DNA of 59,799 nucleotides from the NCBI GenBank assembly GCA_964355545.1, contig CAYHEK010000001.1, positions 7,478 to 67,276 on the forward strand, given 5' to 3'. Of the stretch, positions 1-9,262 are shown one piece after another. The first letter of the stretch is position 1. Every line of letters begins with the position of its first letter. This DNA comes from an uncultured Thermotogae bacterium (GTDB lineage Bacteria > Bipolaricaulota > Bipolaricaulia > UBA7950 > UBA9294). Both the position numbers and the translations under genes were made by a program. Under the pieces are notes generated by a model that had not been told where the DNA came from, searched no databases, and worked only from the letters and a program-made list of their open reading frames with translations.

Positions 1-191
1 CGCGATGACTCTGCTTTCTGCGATCGAGTCAAGGCGCGCCCGCCGCGCGCTCTCTCGGACAAGCACCGAGAGATCGAGCTGAGCCCGAGGGAGCGCAAGC
101 CTCTTAAAAGCGTCGTCTCGTGGAACCGCTACGCGCTGCCCGCAGAGGGAGCGCCGGACGAGTAGCCTCCTCCCCGTCTTTCGTCCTGGCC

Positions 192-220
192 TTGACTCCC
201 CGGTCCCTCCCCCCTATCCT
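192..220 (+). promoter_or_regulatory. candidate sigma70-type promoter upstream of the DOMON-like gene
   Basis: TTGACT (192-197), 17-nt spacer, TATCCT (215-220). AGGAGG at 254-259 precedes the ATG at 267. Confidence 0.3.
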
Positions 221-266
221 CGATCGCGGCCTTTCTTTAAAGAGAATCGCGACAGGAGGTGGCTTC

Positions 267-1136
267 ATGAATCGTCGATCGGTGCAATGGGTCCTTCTCT
301 TCGGGCTCTTCTTCGTCCTTGCCTCGACCACTGCCTGGCCGCAGGCAAGGGTCGTCCTTTTGTTCAGCGGGATGGAACCCTACCTCGGGGAGTGGTTCGA
401 AGCACGGGTCGTCGCCTCCAAGACCGGGGCGGAGGTGACCCGTCTCTCCGTGCCCGAGATCCCCGCAGGCGAATTCGAACTCGCGTTCGATCTCCTCGAG
501 ATCGGAAAGGGCTACCGCGTCGATTTCTACGTCGATCAAAACGGAAACCACCGCTACGATTCCCCGCCGATCGATCACGCGTGGCGGCTCGTCCTTGCCC
601 CAATCGTGCAGGACACGACCATTCCGGTGCCTCCAAGCGAGGAGTTTCGAGAGATCGACTGGCCGCCCTTGATCGACGGAGCGATCGGCGCGGGCGACTA
701 CCGTCACACCCTGACCGACCCGACGACCGGAATCGAGGTCGTCTGGCAGAACGACCCAACCTACCTTTACGTGGGTCTAGTCAGTCCGGGAACGGGGTGG
801 GTCGCGATCGGGTTTGTCCCGGAAGGGAAGATGAAGGGGTCAAACATCGTCATCGCCGCGGTCACCGCGGGTCGGCTCACGATCCAGGATCACTTCGGCA
901 TCGCCCCCACGGCCCACCGCCAGGACACAAAGAGCGGGATCATCCAGGCCGCGGGGAGCGAAGGGGACGGGAGAACGGTGATCGAGTTCGTGATCCCCCT
1001 TGAGAGCGACGACCCGGAGGACAAGTCGCTCGAGCCCGGGCGGCCCGTTCAGATCATCCTCGCCTACCACGCCCTTTCCGACGCCTTCACCGCCCACCAC
1101 ACCGCGCGGACGACGACCACGATCCCCCTCGACTAG
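267..1136 (+). CDS. secreted DOMON-like (putative heme/sugar-binding) domain protein
   Basis: Internal ATG at 267 of ORF 120..1136 with AGGAGG 7 nt upstream. N-terminus MNRRSVQWVLLFGLFFVLASTTAWPQA looks like a signal peptide. The C-terminal half (YLYVGLVSPGTGWVAIGF...NIVIAAV...VIEFVIPL...ILAYH) resembles DOMON/EB_dh-type domains. Confidence 0.6.
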   Translation: MNRRSVQWVLLFGLFFVLASTTAWPQARVVLLFSGMEPYLGEWFEARVVASKTGAEVTRLSVPEIPAGEFELAFDLLEIGKGYRVDFYVDQNGNHRYDSPPIDHAWRLVLAPIVQDTTIPVPPSEEFREIDWPPLIDGAIGAGDYRHTLTDPTTGIEVVWQNDPTYLYVGLVSPGTGWVAIGFVPEGKMKGSNIVIAAVTAGRLTIQDHFGIAPTAHRQDTKSGIIQAAGSEGDGRTVIEFVIPLESDDPEDKSLEPGRPVQIILAYHALSDAFTAHHTARTTTTIPLD

Positions 1137-1141
1137 CCGCG

Positions 1142-1372
1142 ATGCACACCCTCCAGCAAATTGCGTACACCGTCCTCTTCGGGCGGCCGCTCGTCTTTTA
1201 CCTGGGGATCCTGACCTACACCCTGGTGCTCGCGACGGCTCTCGTCGCTTTCCTGCGGACGCGGGTCAAGCGGATGCGAAAGATGCCCGTCGCTCTCCAC
1301 CGCTCACTCGGGTCCGCGGCCCTGGTCCTCGGCACCCTTCACGGCCTCTTCTCCCTCTCCGCCTACCTCTAG
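1142..1372 (+). CDS. small two-TM membrane protein with two conserved-looking His residues in TM2
   Basis: 76-aa ORF starting 5 nt after the DOMON stop. Two hydrophobic helices, with H53 and H67 in the second helix. No family recognised. Confidence 0.45.
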   Translation: MHTLQQIAYTVLFGRPLVFYLGILTYTLVLATALVAFLRTRVKRMRKMPVALHRSLGSAALVLGTLHGLFSLSAYL

Positions 1373-1381
1373 AGGAAGGGG

Positions 1382-1867
1382 CTAGTAGTCCGGCCGGGGG
1401 CCGAACTCCGCCGACTCGACCCACTCCGCCGGCCGGTCGAAGTACCGAAGAAGGGAACTCGCGAAAAGGTAGTGTCCTTCTTCCTGGGCAGCGAGGTCCA
1501 AAAAGAGCTCTACAAGCTTTTGGTCTTCCAAGCCACGGCCGCGCTCTTTATAGAAGCGCTCCGTCGCCCGTTCCATCTCCATGGCTTGTCGTAGGACGTC
1601 GCGCAGCGACGCGTCGGCCGAGAGGGTCGACCGGCCATCGCGGAGGGCTCCCTCGACCAGTCCGCGGGCCTCGCCGAGGGAGAAGGCGGCGAGGCCTTCG
1701 TAGAGGCCTCTCTTCATCGCACGAAGGGCAGCGGCGTGCTTTGTCTCCTCGCCTGAAAGGAACTCGAGGATCCCCTTCGCGCTCGGATCGCCGAGCCGCG
1801 CCGCCGCGTCGCGGTACTGAATCTGGGCCCGCTCTTCGAGAATAATCGCATCGTCGAGAACCGACAT
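1382..1867 (-). CDS. ferritin-like / rubrerythrin-like four-helix-bundle protein
   Basis: ATG at 1867 (M28 of the ORF) preceded by AGGAGG. Repeated E..H-type motifs (SGEETKHAAAL, AAQEEGHYLF) are typical of ferritin-like diiron proteins. Confidence 0.6.
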   Translation of the reverse strand: MSVLDDAIILEERAQIQYRDAAARLGDPSAKGILEFLSGEETKHAAALRAMKRGLYEGLAAFSLGEARGLVEGALRDGRSTLSADASLRDVLRQAMEMERATERFYKERGRGLEDQKLVELFLDLAAQEEGHYLFASSLLRYFDRPAEWVESAEFGPRPDY

Positions 1868-1914
1868 GGCGTCCTCCTTTACCTGCACGTGTAGTCTTTT
1901 GGGGCGGCGTTTAC

Positions 1915-2499
1915 CTAGCGCGTCGCGAGGTGAACGCAGTCTCCGCAAACAATGGCCTCAAGGGTCGCTCCCTCCCTCACGAGGAGCCGGCCGACGGGGT
2001 CGACCCCCTCCGCCCTCCCCGTCACGATCCTCCCTTGGGCCCCAGTCCCCACCTCCACACGGACGATCCGCCCGATCGTGGCGGAGAGCGCCCGGTAGCG
2101 CGATAGGATCCGACGAGGAGAATCCCACGAGAATCCTTCCAGGATCTTCCCGAGGAGATCATCCCGGTTGCAAGGGAGGGAGGCCTCCTCGGCGAGCGAG
2201 GTTGCCCCCGCCACGGAGACGGGAGCCCGGTTCACGCCGATCCCCACGATCGCTCGGTCACCCACGGTCTCGATCAGGATCCCCGCGATCTTCCTCTCCC
2301 CGACGAGGACGTCGTTCGGCCACTTGAGGCGCGCCTCGATCCCGAAGGCCTCCAGGGCCGTGGCGACCGCGATCCCCGCGCGGAGAGAGAGGAGCGGGTC
2401 TGAAGGAACGAGGAGGGAAGCGTACAGACCGCCCGGAGAGGAGACCCACGTCCTGCCGCGCCTTCCACGACCCTCGTCCTGCTCGTCGGCGACCACCAC
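1915..2499 (-). CDS. birA: biotin--[acetyl-CoA-carboxylase] ligase (group I BirA)
   Basis: GRGRRGRTW and KWPNDV...KIAGILIE motifs. In-frame homology (ILHYSRVSSTQTLVRELL) continues upstream of the GTG at 2499, so the true start is probably upstream (see findings). Confidence 0.85.
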   Translation of the reverse strand: MVVADEQDEGRGRRGRTWVSSPGGLYASLLVPSDPLLSLRAGIAVATALEAFGIEARLKWPNDVLVGERKIAGILIETVGDRAIVGIGVNRAPVSVAGATSLAEEASLPCNRDDLLGKILEGFSWDSPRRILSRYRALSATIGRIVRVEVGTGAQGRIVTGRAEGVDPVGRLLVREGATLEAIVCGDCVHLATR

Positions 2500-2578
2500 C
2501 GCCCCCGTCTCCGCGCCCTGTGCGAGGAGCTCCCGAACGAGCGTCTGCGTCGAGGAGACGCGGCTGTAGTGAAGGATC

Positions 2579-3859
2579 CTAAAGCGCGGAGCTGACCCGA
2601 TCTGGGACTCCCTCCTCCACGAGGGGGAACGTGTCGCCGCCGTGGGGCATCACGAGGGCGCGAAAATCTTTCCCAAAGCGCTGGGACGCGATTGAGACGA
2701 TCTCGTTTGGGTCGCCGACCGGATGAAGGAAGAACCGGCGGACGAGGTCCTTCTCCATGTCGGAGAAGAGGTGGATCTCCGTGCGTCTCAAGTCCTTCGC
2801 CAGGTAGACCGCCTTGTGCCCTCCCAGGCGAAACCCCTCTTGGCGCAGGACCTCGAACACATCCTCAGGCTCCCGCGAGCGCATGACCCAGTCGGTGAAG
2901 ACCTTGTTCCCCGCCCCCTCCGGGCAGGCCGCGATGAGAAGGATCAAGCCGCCGTCCTTCACCGCTTTCGCCGCGTTGTAGAGGGCCTTGTAGGCCTGAT
3001 AGAGGTCGATGTCCTTGGGGTGACCGCCGACGGAGACGACTACGAGGTCCGGCCGCTCGGGGACCCTCACCTGGAAGAGGGAGTCCCAGAAGGCCCGGCC
3101 CGCGGCGTGCGCCTCCTCAAGGTCTCCGACCACGACCTTCGCCACACGCCCGTTGGAATCAAAGACAACGTCGACAATGTAAGCCACTCCCACGAGGCGT
3201 GCTGCCTCGACCATCTCGTCGCTGATCGGATTCTTCTCGTGAATGCATCCCTCACAATGGGGATCGGTGAGCTTGGCGTGATTCTTCTCGATCGTCCCCC
3301 TCGCGGAAACCCCAGGGAGGATGTTCTTTCGGCCGCCGGAGTAGCCGGCGTAGTAGTGCATGGCGATGTGCCCGATTGTCACCACCCGATCCGCACAAGC
3401 GACGGTGCGATTCACACGGATCGGGGTCCCGTAGGAACTCTTCCCCACCTCAACCACGTCACTGTCGCAGTCGTGGATGACGACTCGAAACTGGCGGCGG
3501 AGGTCTCCCAGCATTCCCTCAAGCTCCTCCTCGGTGGGAGAGCGATGCGTCCCGGTCGCGACGACCACGGTGACGTCCTCCGCGTTGACGCGGCCGCGGA
3601 TCCGCTCCCAGAGAAGGGGAAGGAGCCGGCGGGTGGGGGTCGACCGGGTGTGGTCAGTCACCACGAACGCGACCTTCTCCCCCGGCCGGATGATCTCGCC
3701 AGGGTCACCGATCCCGATCGGGTTCTTCCAGGCACGGTTAAACGCGTCCTCTAGACTGACAAGAGGCGCACTCGCCCCTTCGAGCGAGCCGATCAGGTTT
3801 TGGTCCGGAATGTCGACCTGGACCGTCTCCTTCCCATAGGAAAGCTCCATGCGCGCCAT
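2579..3859 (-). CDS. larA: LarA-like nickel-dependent racemase/epimerase (DUF2088 family)
   Basis: 426 aa. The N-terminal DUF2088-type sequence and overall length match the lactate racemase family. GGAGG lies 6 nt upstream of the ATG at 3859. Confidence 0.75.
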   Translation of the reverse strand: MARMELSYGKETVQVDIPDQNLIGSLEGASAPLVSLEDAFNRAWKNPIGIGDPGEIIRPGEKVAFVVTDHTRSTPTRRLLPLLWERIRGRVNAEDVTVVVATGTHRSPTEEELEGMLGDLRRQFRVVIHDCDSDVVEVGKSSYGTPIRVNRTVACADRVVTIGHIAMHYYAGYSGGRKNILPGVSARGTIEKNHAKLTDPHCEGCIHEKNPISDEMVEAARLVGVAYIVDVVFDSNGRVAKVVVGDLEEAHAAGRAFWDSLFQVRVPERPDLVVVSVGGHPKDIDLYQAYKALYNAAKAVKDGGLILLIAACPEGAGNKVFTDWVMRSREPEDVFEVLRQEGFRLGGHKAVYLAKDLRRTEIHLFSDMEKDLVRRFFLHPVGDPNEIVSIASQRFGKDFRALVMPHGGDTFPLVEEGVPDRVSSAL

Positions 3860-3961
3860 TCCTCACCTCCGGTGAGAATTCTAGCGGGCAAAGAGGACCC
3901 CCACAAACGTTGCGCCGCTTGCCCCATCGGGCTAGGATCTCCTCATCCGCAAAGGAGAACC

Positions 3962-5152
3962 ATGCGTAGGGCTTTTCTTACCTCCGAATCGGTCACCGAA
4001 GGGCATCCGGACAAGGTCGCCGATCGAATCTCCGACGCCGTCTTGGACTCCATCCTCACCGACGACCGCCAGGCGCGCGTCGCCTGCGAGACCTTCCTCA
4101 CGAGCGGCCTCGTCCTCGTGGGAGGGGAGATCTCAACGAAGGTCTACGTCGATATCGACCGGGTCGCGCGCCGCGTCATCCGGGACGTAGGCTACGACCG
4201 GCCGGAGTACGGGTTCCACTACGCGGATTGCGCAGTACTGAACTCCATCAAGGAGCAGTCCGCGGAGATCGCGACCGCCGTGAGGGAGCCAAGAAACGGC
4301 GCGGAAAAGGAACCCTACAACCAGATCGGCGCCGGGGATCAAGGAATCATGTACGGGTACGCCTGCGCGGAGACGGATGAACGGATGCCCCTTCCGATCG
4401 TCCTCGCCCACGGGCTCGTCCGACGCCTCGCCGCGGCGCGCAAGGAGGGGACCCTCCCCTACCTGCGGCCGGACGGAAAGTCCCAGGTGACTGTGGAGTA
4501 CGCGGACTCCCGTCCACGACGCGTCTCGGTCGCCGTCCTCGCCGCTCAGCACAACCCAGATGCCACGCAGGAGAGACTAAAAGAGGACCTCACTGAAGGA
4601 GTGATCCGGCCGGTTCTCGGCTCGTGGATGGATGAGGAGACGGTCATCCTCGTCAACTCCTCGGGGAGCTTCGTGGTCGGCGGACCGGCCTCGGACACGG
4701 GGGTGACGGGGCGAAAGATCATCGTCGATACCTACGGCGGCTACGGCTCTCACGGCGGAGGGGCCTTCTCCGGGAAGGACCCGACGAAGGTCGACCGCTC
4801 CGGCTCGTACATGGCCCGCTACGTGGCAAAGAATGTCGTCGCCGCGGGGCTCGCCCGCGAAGTGGAGGTCCAGATCGCCTACACGATCGGCCGCGCGCGG
4901 CCACTCTCCGTCTCCATCGACACAAACGGGACGGGAACTGTCCCTGACGAGCGGCTCCTCCGCGCGGTCCTCGCTGTCTTCGACTTCCGGCCGGGGGCGA
5001 TCATCGAGGCGTTCGACCTCCTTCGACCGATCTACGAGCGCTTCTCCGCGTACGGGCACTTCGGGCGGAGCGAGCCGGAGGCGACGTGGGAGAGGACCGA
5101 TCGGGTCGAGGACCTGCGCCGCGCCCTCCCTCGGGGCGGTAAGGTCGCCTGA
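3962..5152 (+). CDS. metK: S-adenosylmethionine synthetase
   Basis: ATG at 3962 after AAAGGAG. TSESVTEGHPDKVADRISDAVLD and GAGDQGIMYGYA motifs. Confidence 0.95.
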   Translation: MRRAFLTSESVTEGHPDKVADRISDAVLDSILTDDRQARVACETFLTSGLVLVGGEISTKVYVDIDRVARRVIRDVGYDRPEYGFHYADCAVLNSIKEQSAEIATAVREPRNGAEKEPYNQIGAGDQGIMYGYACAETDERMPLPIVLAHGLVRRLAAARKEGTLPYLRPDGKSQVTVEYADSRPRRVSVAVLAAQHNPDATQERLKEDLTEGVIRPVLGSWMDEETVILVNSSGSFVVGGPASDTGVTGRKIIVDTYGGYGSHGGGAFSGKDPTKVDRSGSYMARYVAKNVVAAGLAREVEVQIAYTIGRARPLSVSIDTNGTGTVPDERLLRAVLAVFDFRPGAIIEAFDLLRPIYERFSAYGHFGRSEPEATWERTDRVEDLRRALPRGGKVA

Positions 5153-5170
5153 GGCTCCGCCGTGGTCGAT

Positions 5171-5857
5171 CTACAACTCGAGCCGCATTCCCTCGACTCC
5201 TGCTAGGGCGGCGAGGTCGGCGGCGAAGGTCTCGATCTCAATCTTCCCGCGGTGGCGGACACGGAAGCGCATCGTCACGTGGCCCGTCTCGTTGCGCGAC
5301 TCCCATGAGAGGAGCTGCGCGCGGATCTCGTTCGCCCTGCACCGCTCCTGGAAGGCCTCGCGGACTTCTTCCCTCTTTTTGGGAAGGACCTCCAGGGTGA
5401 GCACGTGATAGACGGTGCTTGGGATCCGGTGCTCAAGAGGGCTGACGAGCGTCAGGACGACGAGACCGATGGCGGTCGCTCCGACGGCGAGCACGACCAG
5501 TCCTTCGCCGGCGACGATCCCCAGGGCGGCCACGAACCAGATCGAGGCCGCCGTGGTCAGGCCGCGCACCCAATCCCCGACGCGGAAGATCGTCCCTGCT
5601 CCCAGGAACCCAATCCCCGTGATGATCCCTGCCGCGAGGCGGCCCGGGTCGATCTGCGCTCCCTCGGCGAAGGCGCCGTTCGAGGCAACGAGGATCCTCA
5701 CCCCTTCGAAGGTCACCATCACGAGGGCCGAGCCAATCCCCACGAGGAGGTGCGTGCGCAGGCCGGCAGGCCGGCCGTGAAACTCCCGCTCCAGCCCGAC
5801 CGCGCCGCTCAGCCCGGCTGCGAGGAGGACCCGCAAAAGTAGCATCAGTTCTTCCAT
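5171..5857 (-). CDS. MgtC/SapB family membrane protein
   Basis: N-terminal GLEREFHGRPAGLRTH motif and 4-5 TM helices, followed by a soluble ACT-like C-terminal domain. Confidence 0.8.
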   Translation of the reverse strand: MEELMLLLRVLLAAGLSGAVGLEREFHGRPAGLRTHLLVGIGSALVMVTFEGVRILVASNGAFAEGAQIDPGRLAAGIITGIGFLGAGTIFRVGDWVRGLTTAASIWFVAALGIVAGEGLVVLAVGATAIGLVVLTLVSPLEHRIPSTVYHVLTLEVLPKKREEVREAFQERCRANEIRAQLLSWESRNETGHVTMRFRVRHRGKIEIETFAADLAALAGVEGMRLEL

Positions 5858-5893
5858 CCGTCCACCTCCCTTCCGTCTTCGAGAAAGACGGGC

Positions 5894-7822
5894 TCACAAA
5901 AGGGCCCTCTCCTTCACCTTCCTTGCGATGAGATCGATCACCTCGGCGAGGGGGCGCCCCCCGAGATCCTCTCCAGTCCGCAGGCGGACCGCGGCCGTCC
6001 CTGCCTCCTTCTCCCTCTCCCCGACGACGAGCATGTAGGGGACCTTCTCGAGCTGCGCCTGGCGAATCTTCGCGTTCATCCGCTCGGAGCTCTTGTCGAC
6101 CTCGACGCGGAGGCCGGCCGCCTTCAACCCTTGAGCTACTTCATCGGCGTAGTCGTTGTGCCGATCCGAGACCGGAATCACGACCGCTTGGACGGGCGCG
6201 AGCCAGACCGGGAAGGCGCCGCCGTAGTGCTCGATCAGGACGCCAAAGAAGCGCTCCAGGCTCCCCAGGAGTGCCCGGTGCACCATGTACGGCCGCAAGG
6301 CCCGACCGTCCTCGGCGATGTAGGTCATGTCGAAGCGCTCGGGTAGGTTGAAGTCAAACTGGATCGTCGTGCACTGCCAGGATCGGTGGAGCGCGTCTTT
6401 CACCTTGACGTCGATCTTCGGCCCGTAGAACGCGCCTCCCCCCTCGTCCACCTTGTACTCATGCCCCCGCGCGTCGAGCGCCCGGCGGAGCGCCTCCGTC
6501 GCCTGATCCCAGCGCGCAGGTTCCCCCACCGCCTTCCCCTCCTTGGGCCGGGTGGCGAGGTAGATCTCAAAGTCGCGGAAACCGAACGCGCCAAGGAGGT
6601 TGAGGCTGAAGTCGTAGACCCCGCGGATCTCCTCCTCCACCTGGTCGGGTCGGCAGATGATGTGCGCGTCGTCGATCGTGAAGCCGCGCACGCGCAGAAG
6701 GCCATGCAGGACGCCCGAGCGCTCGTAGCGGTAGACGGTCCCCAGCTCCGCCCAGCGCAGGGGAAGTTCACGGTAGGAGCGAACGCGGGTCTTGTAGATC
6801 AGGATCTGGTAGGGGCAGTTCATTGGCTTGATGTAGTAGTCGACCCCGTCGATGTCCATCGGCGAGTACATGTTCTCGCGGTAGAAGTCGAGGTGTCCGC
6901 TCGTGCCCCACAGCTCGCCTTTCCCGATGTGGGGCGTGTACACAATCTCGTAGCCTCCCCGCTCGTGCTCCTCGTACCAGAGCTCCTCGATCGCACGCCG
7001 GATCCGGCCGCCCTTGGGGTGCCAAGAGATGAGCCCCGCCCCTCCTATTTCCTGAACGCTGAAGAGGTCGAGGTCCTTTCCAAGCTTGCGGTGGTCCCTC
7101 CTCGCCGCCTCGTCGAGACGCCACAGGTACTGATCGAGGTCGTCCTTCCTCTCCCAGGCCGTCCCGTAGATCCTCTGGAGCATCGGCGCCCGCTCGTCCC
7201 CGCGCCAGTACGCCCCGGCGACGGAGAGGAGCCGAAAGGCATCTTTGTTGATCCGGCCGGCGCTTTGAAGGTGCGGCCCGCGGCACAGGTCGGCGAACTC
7301 GCCCTGCCGGTAGAGGGTCACGGTCGCGCCCTCGATCTCGTCGAGAAGCTCACGCTTCAGGGGCTCGTCGGCCCGCGCGAGAATCTTGTGCGCCTCGTCC
7401 TTCGTCGCTTCCAGGCGCTCGATCGGGAGGTCCTCGGCGATGATCTTCCGCATCTCGCCTTCGATCCGTTCGAGGTCCTCCGCCGTGAAGGCTGAGGCGA
7501 CGGAAAAGTCGTAGTAGAAGCCGTCCTCGATCGCCGGCCCGATCCCGAGCTTCGCCTGAGGAAAGAGTCTCTTCACCGCCTGGGCCATGACGTGCGTCGT
7601 CGTGTGGCGGAGCACCTCGAGGCCTTGCTCGGAGCGCTGGGTGAGGAGCGTCAAGGTACAGTCCTCGGTCAGCCGCTCGCGCAGGTCGCGCAGCTCGCCG
7701 TTGACCAGGGCCGCGACCGCGTCCTGAGCGAGGCGTGGCCCGATCGTCCGCGCGACCTCGAGGATCGAGGCGCCACCGGCGACCTTCACCATGGACCCAT
7801 CCGGCAAAGAGACGTCGATCAT
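5894..7822 (-). CDS. thrS: threonine--tRNA ligase
   Basis: ATG at 7822 (MIDVSLPDGS..., TGS domain) with AAGGAGGGAGGG upstream. Class II synthetase core and anticodon-binding domain recognisable. Confidence 0.95.
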   Translation of the reverse strand: MIDVSLPDGSMVKVAGGASILEVARTIGPRLAQDAVAALVNGELRDLRERLTEDCTLTLLTQRSEQGLEVLRHTTTHVMAQAVKRLFPQAKLGIGPAIEDGFYYDFSVASAFTAEDLERIEGEMRKIIAEDLPIERLEATKDEAHKILARADEPLKRELLDEIEGATVTLYRQGEFADLCRGPHLQSAGRINKDAFRLLSVAGAYWRGDERAPMLQRIYGTAWERKDDLDQYLWRLDEAARRDHRKLGKDLDLFSVQEIGGAGLISWHPKGGRIRRAIEELWYEEHERGGYEIVYTPHIGKGELWGTSGHLDFYRENMYSPMDIDGVDYYIKPMNCPYQILIYKTRVRSYRELPLRWAELGTVYRYERSGVLHGLLRVRGFTIDDAHIICRPDQVEEEIRGVYDFSLNLLGAFGFRDFEIYLATRPKEGKAVGEPARWDQATEALRRALDARGHEYKVDEGGGAFYGPKIDVKVKDALHRSWQCTTIQFDFNLPERFDMTYIAEDGRALRPYMVHRALLGSLERFFGVLIEHYGGAFPVWLAPVQAVVIPVSDRHNDYADEVAQGLKAAGLRVEVDKSSERMNAKIRQAQLEKVPYMLVVGEREKEAGTAAVRLRTGEDLGGRPLAEVIDLIARKVKERALL

Positions 7823-7888
7823 GACCCTCCCTCCTTGTGAATACGCCATCTTACCGAGGAGGCTGCGCTCTAGCAACGGCACTCAAAA

Positions 7889-9253
7889 CTACAGGATGTA
7901 ACGAGAGAGGTCGGGGTCTTCGACGATCCCGACGAGTCGGCAGGCGACGTAGTCTCGGTCGATGTGGACGGTCTCCCCGCGGTGAGAATCGGCCTCAAAG
8001 GAGATCTCCTCCATCACCTTCTCCATGACCGTGGCGAGCCGTCTCGCCCCGATGTTTTCGGTCGTCTGGTTGAGCTCGTAGGCGATCTTGGCGACCTCCT
8101 CGATCGCTCCCTCGTCAAAGTTGAGCTCGATCCCCTCCACCGCAAGGAGGGTCTGGTACTGCTTGACGAGCGCGTCCCTCGGCTCGCACAGGATCCGTTC
8201 GAAGTCCGCCGCGGTCAGGCTCTCGAGCTCCACACGGATGGGGAGGCGCCCCTGGAGTTCGGGGATGAGGTCAGAGGGCTTGGACATGTTGAAGGCCCCC
8301 GCCGCGATGAACAGGATATTCTCCGTGCTGAAGGGGCCGTAGCGGGTCCGCACGACCGTTCCCTCAAGAAGGGGTAACAGGTCGCGCTGCACTCCCTGGC
8401 GGGAGACCCCCGGCCCTCCCAGTTCCTCCCTCCCGCCGGCGGCGATCTTATCGATCTCGTCGAGGAAGATGATCCCCGTCTCCTCGGCGAGTTCGAGCCC
8501 GCGCTGCCTCGCCTCCTCCATGTTTATCAGGCGGTCGGCCGCCTTTTCGAACAGGACGGGCCGCGCGTCGCGGATCCGCAGCCGCCTCTTCTTTCGAGAC
8601 GGCGGGAGGAGCCCGGCGAGCATGTCTCCCATGTCGATCCCCACCTGGTCCATCCCGTCCTGGGTGAAGATCTCGACCTGCGGGATTGCGGGTTCCTCGA
8701 CCGTGATCTCGATGTAGCGCTCTTCAAGGTCGCCCGCGAGGAGCTTCGTCCGGAGCTTCTCTCGCGTCTTCTTTACTCTCTCCTCGTGCTCCGCGTCCCC
8801 CTCCGCGATCGGGAGGAGGGCGTCGAGGATCTCTTCGGTGACCATCTCCTCGGCCTCCCCTTCTACGCGAAGGATCTCGTCCTCGCGGACCATGTCAATT
8901 GCGACATCCACGAGGTCGCGCGCCATCGCCTCCACGTCCCGGCCGACGTAGCCGACCTCGGTGAACTTCGTCGCCTCCACCTTCATAAACGGGCACGTGG
9001 TGAGGCGCGCGAGACGCCGGGAGATCTCCGTCTTCCCCACGCCGGTCGGTCCGATCATGAGAATGTTCTTTGGCTTGATCTCGTCGCGAATCTCTCCCTC
9101 GACGAGTTGGCGGCGCATCCGGTTGCGGAGCGCGATCGCAACCGAGCGCTTCGCCTCATTCTGCCCGACGATGTACTTGTCAAGCTCGGCGACGATCTCA
9201 CGCGGGGTCAGGCCGATCTCGTCACCTTTCGAAACCAAAGCGCCCTCAGCCAC
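7889..9253 (-). CDS. hslU: ATP-dependent protease ATPase subunit HslU
   Basis: LTPREIVAELDKYIVGQ, Walker A GPTGVGKTEISRRLA, and IIFLDEIDKI. Confidence 0.95.
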   Translation of the reverse strand: MAEGALVSKGDEIGLTPREIVAELDKYIVGQNEAKRSVAIALRNRMRRQLVEGEIRDEIKPKNILMIGPTGVGKTEISRRLARLTTCPFMKVEATKFTEVGYVGRDVEAMARDLVDVAIDMVREDEILRVEGEAEEMVTEEILDALLPIAEGDAEHEERVKKTREKLRTKLLAGDLEERYIEITVEEPAIPQVEIFTQDGMDQVGIDMGDMLAGLLPPSRKKRRLRIRDARPVLFEKAADRLINMEEARQRGLELAEETGIIFLDEIDKIAAGGREELGGPGVSRQGVQRDLLPLLEGTVVRTRYGPFSTENILFIAAGAFNMSKPSDLIPELQGRLPIRVELESLTAADFERILCEPRDALVKQYQTLLAVEGIELNFDEGAIEEVAKIAYELNQTTENIGARRLATVMEKVMEEISFEADSHRGETVHIDRDYVACRLVGIVEDPDLSRYIL

Positions 9254-9262
9254 CCTTCCCCC

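Noticed and set aside
1-165. Open frame 1 from the window edge to the TAG at 163-165 (…LSDKHREIELSPRERKPLKSVVSWNRYALPAEGAPDE)
   Set aside because: 54 stop-free codons are not significant at this GC content and no motif is recognisable. It may be the 3' end of an upstream gene but cannot be supported.
2723-3754. Long antisense ORFs opposite confident genes (also 6386..7495, 8786..9826, 26943..28040 and 52446..53690)
   Set aside because: Each fully overlaps a gene with strong family motifs on the other strand. Their products are low-complexity and Arg/Pro/Ser/Asp-rich, as expected from stop-codon scarcity at this GC content.
3860-3961. Possible SAM riboswitch in the roughly 100-nt metK leader
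   Set aside because: I could not find S-box, SAM-II, SAM-IV or SAM/SAH core motifs or a convincing four-way junction by eye. An Rfam scan would be needed to revisit this.
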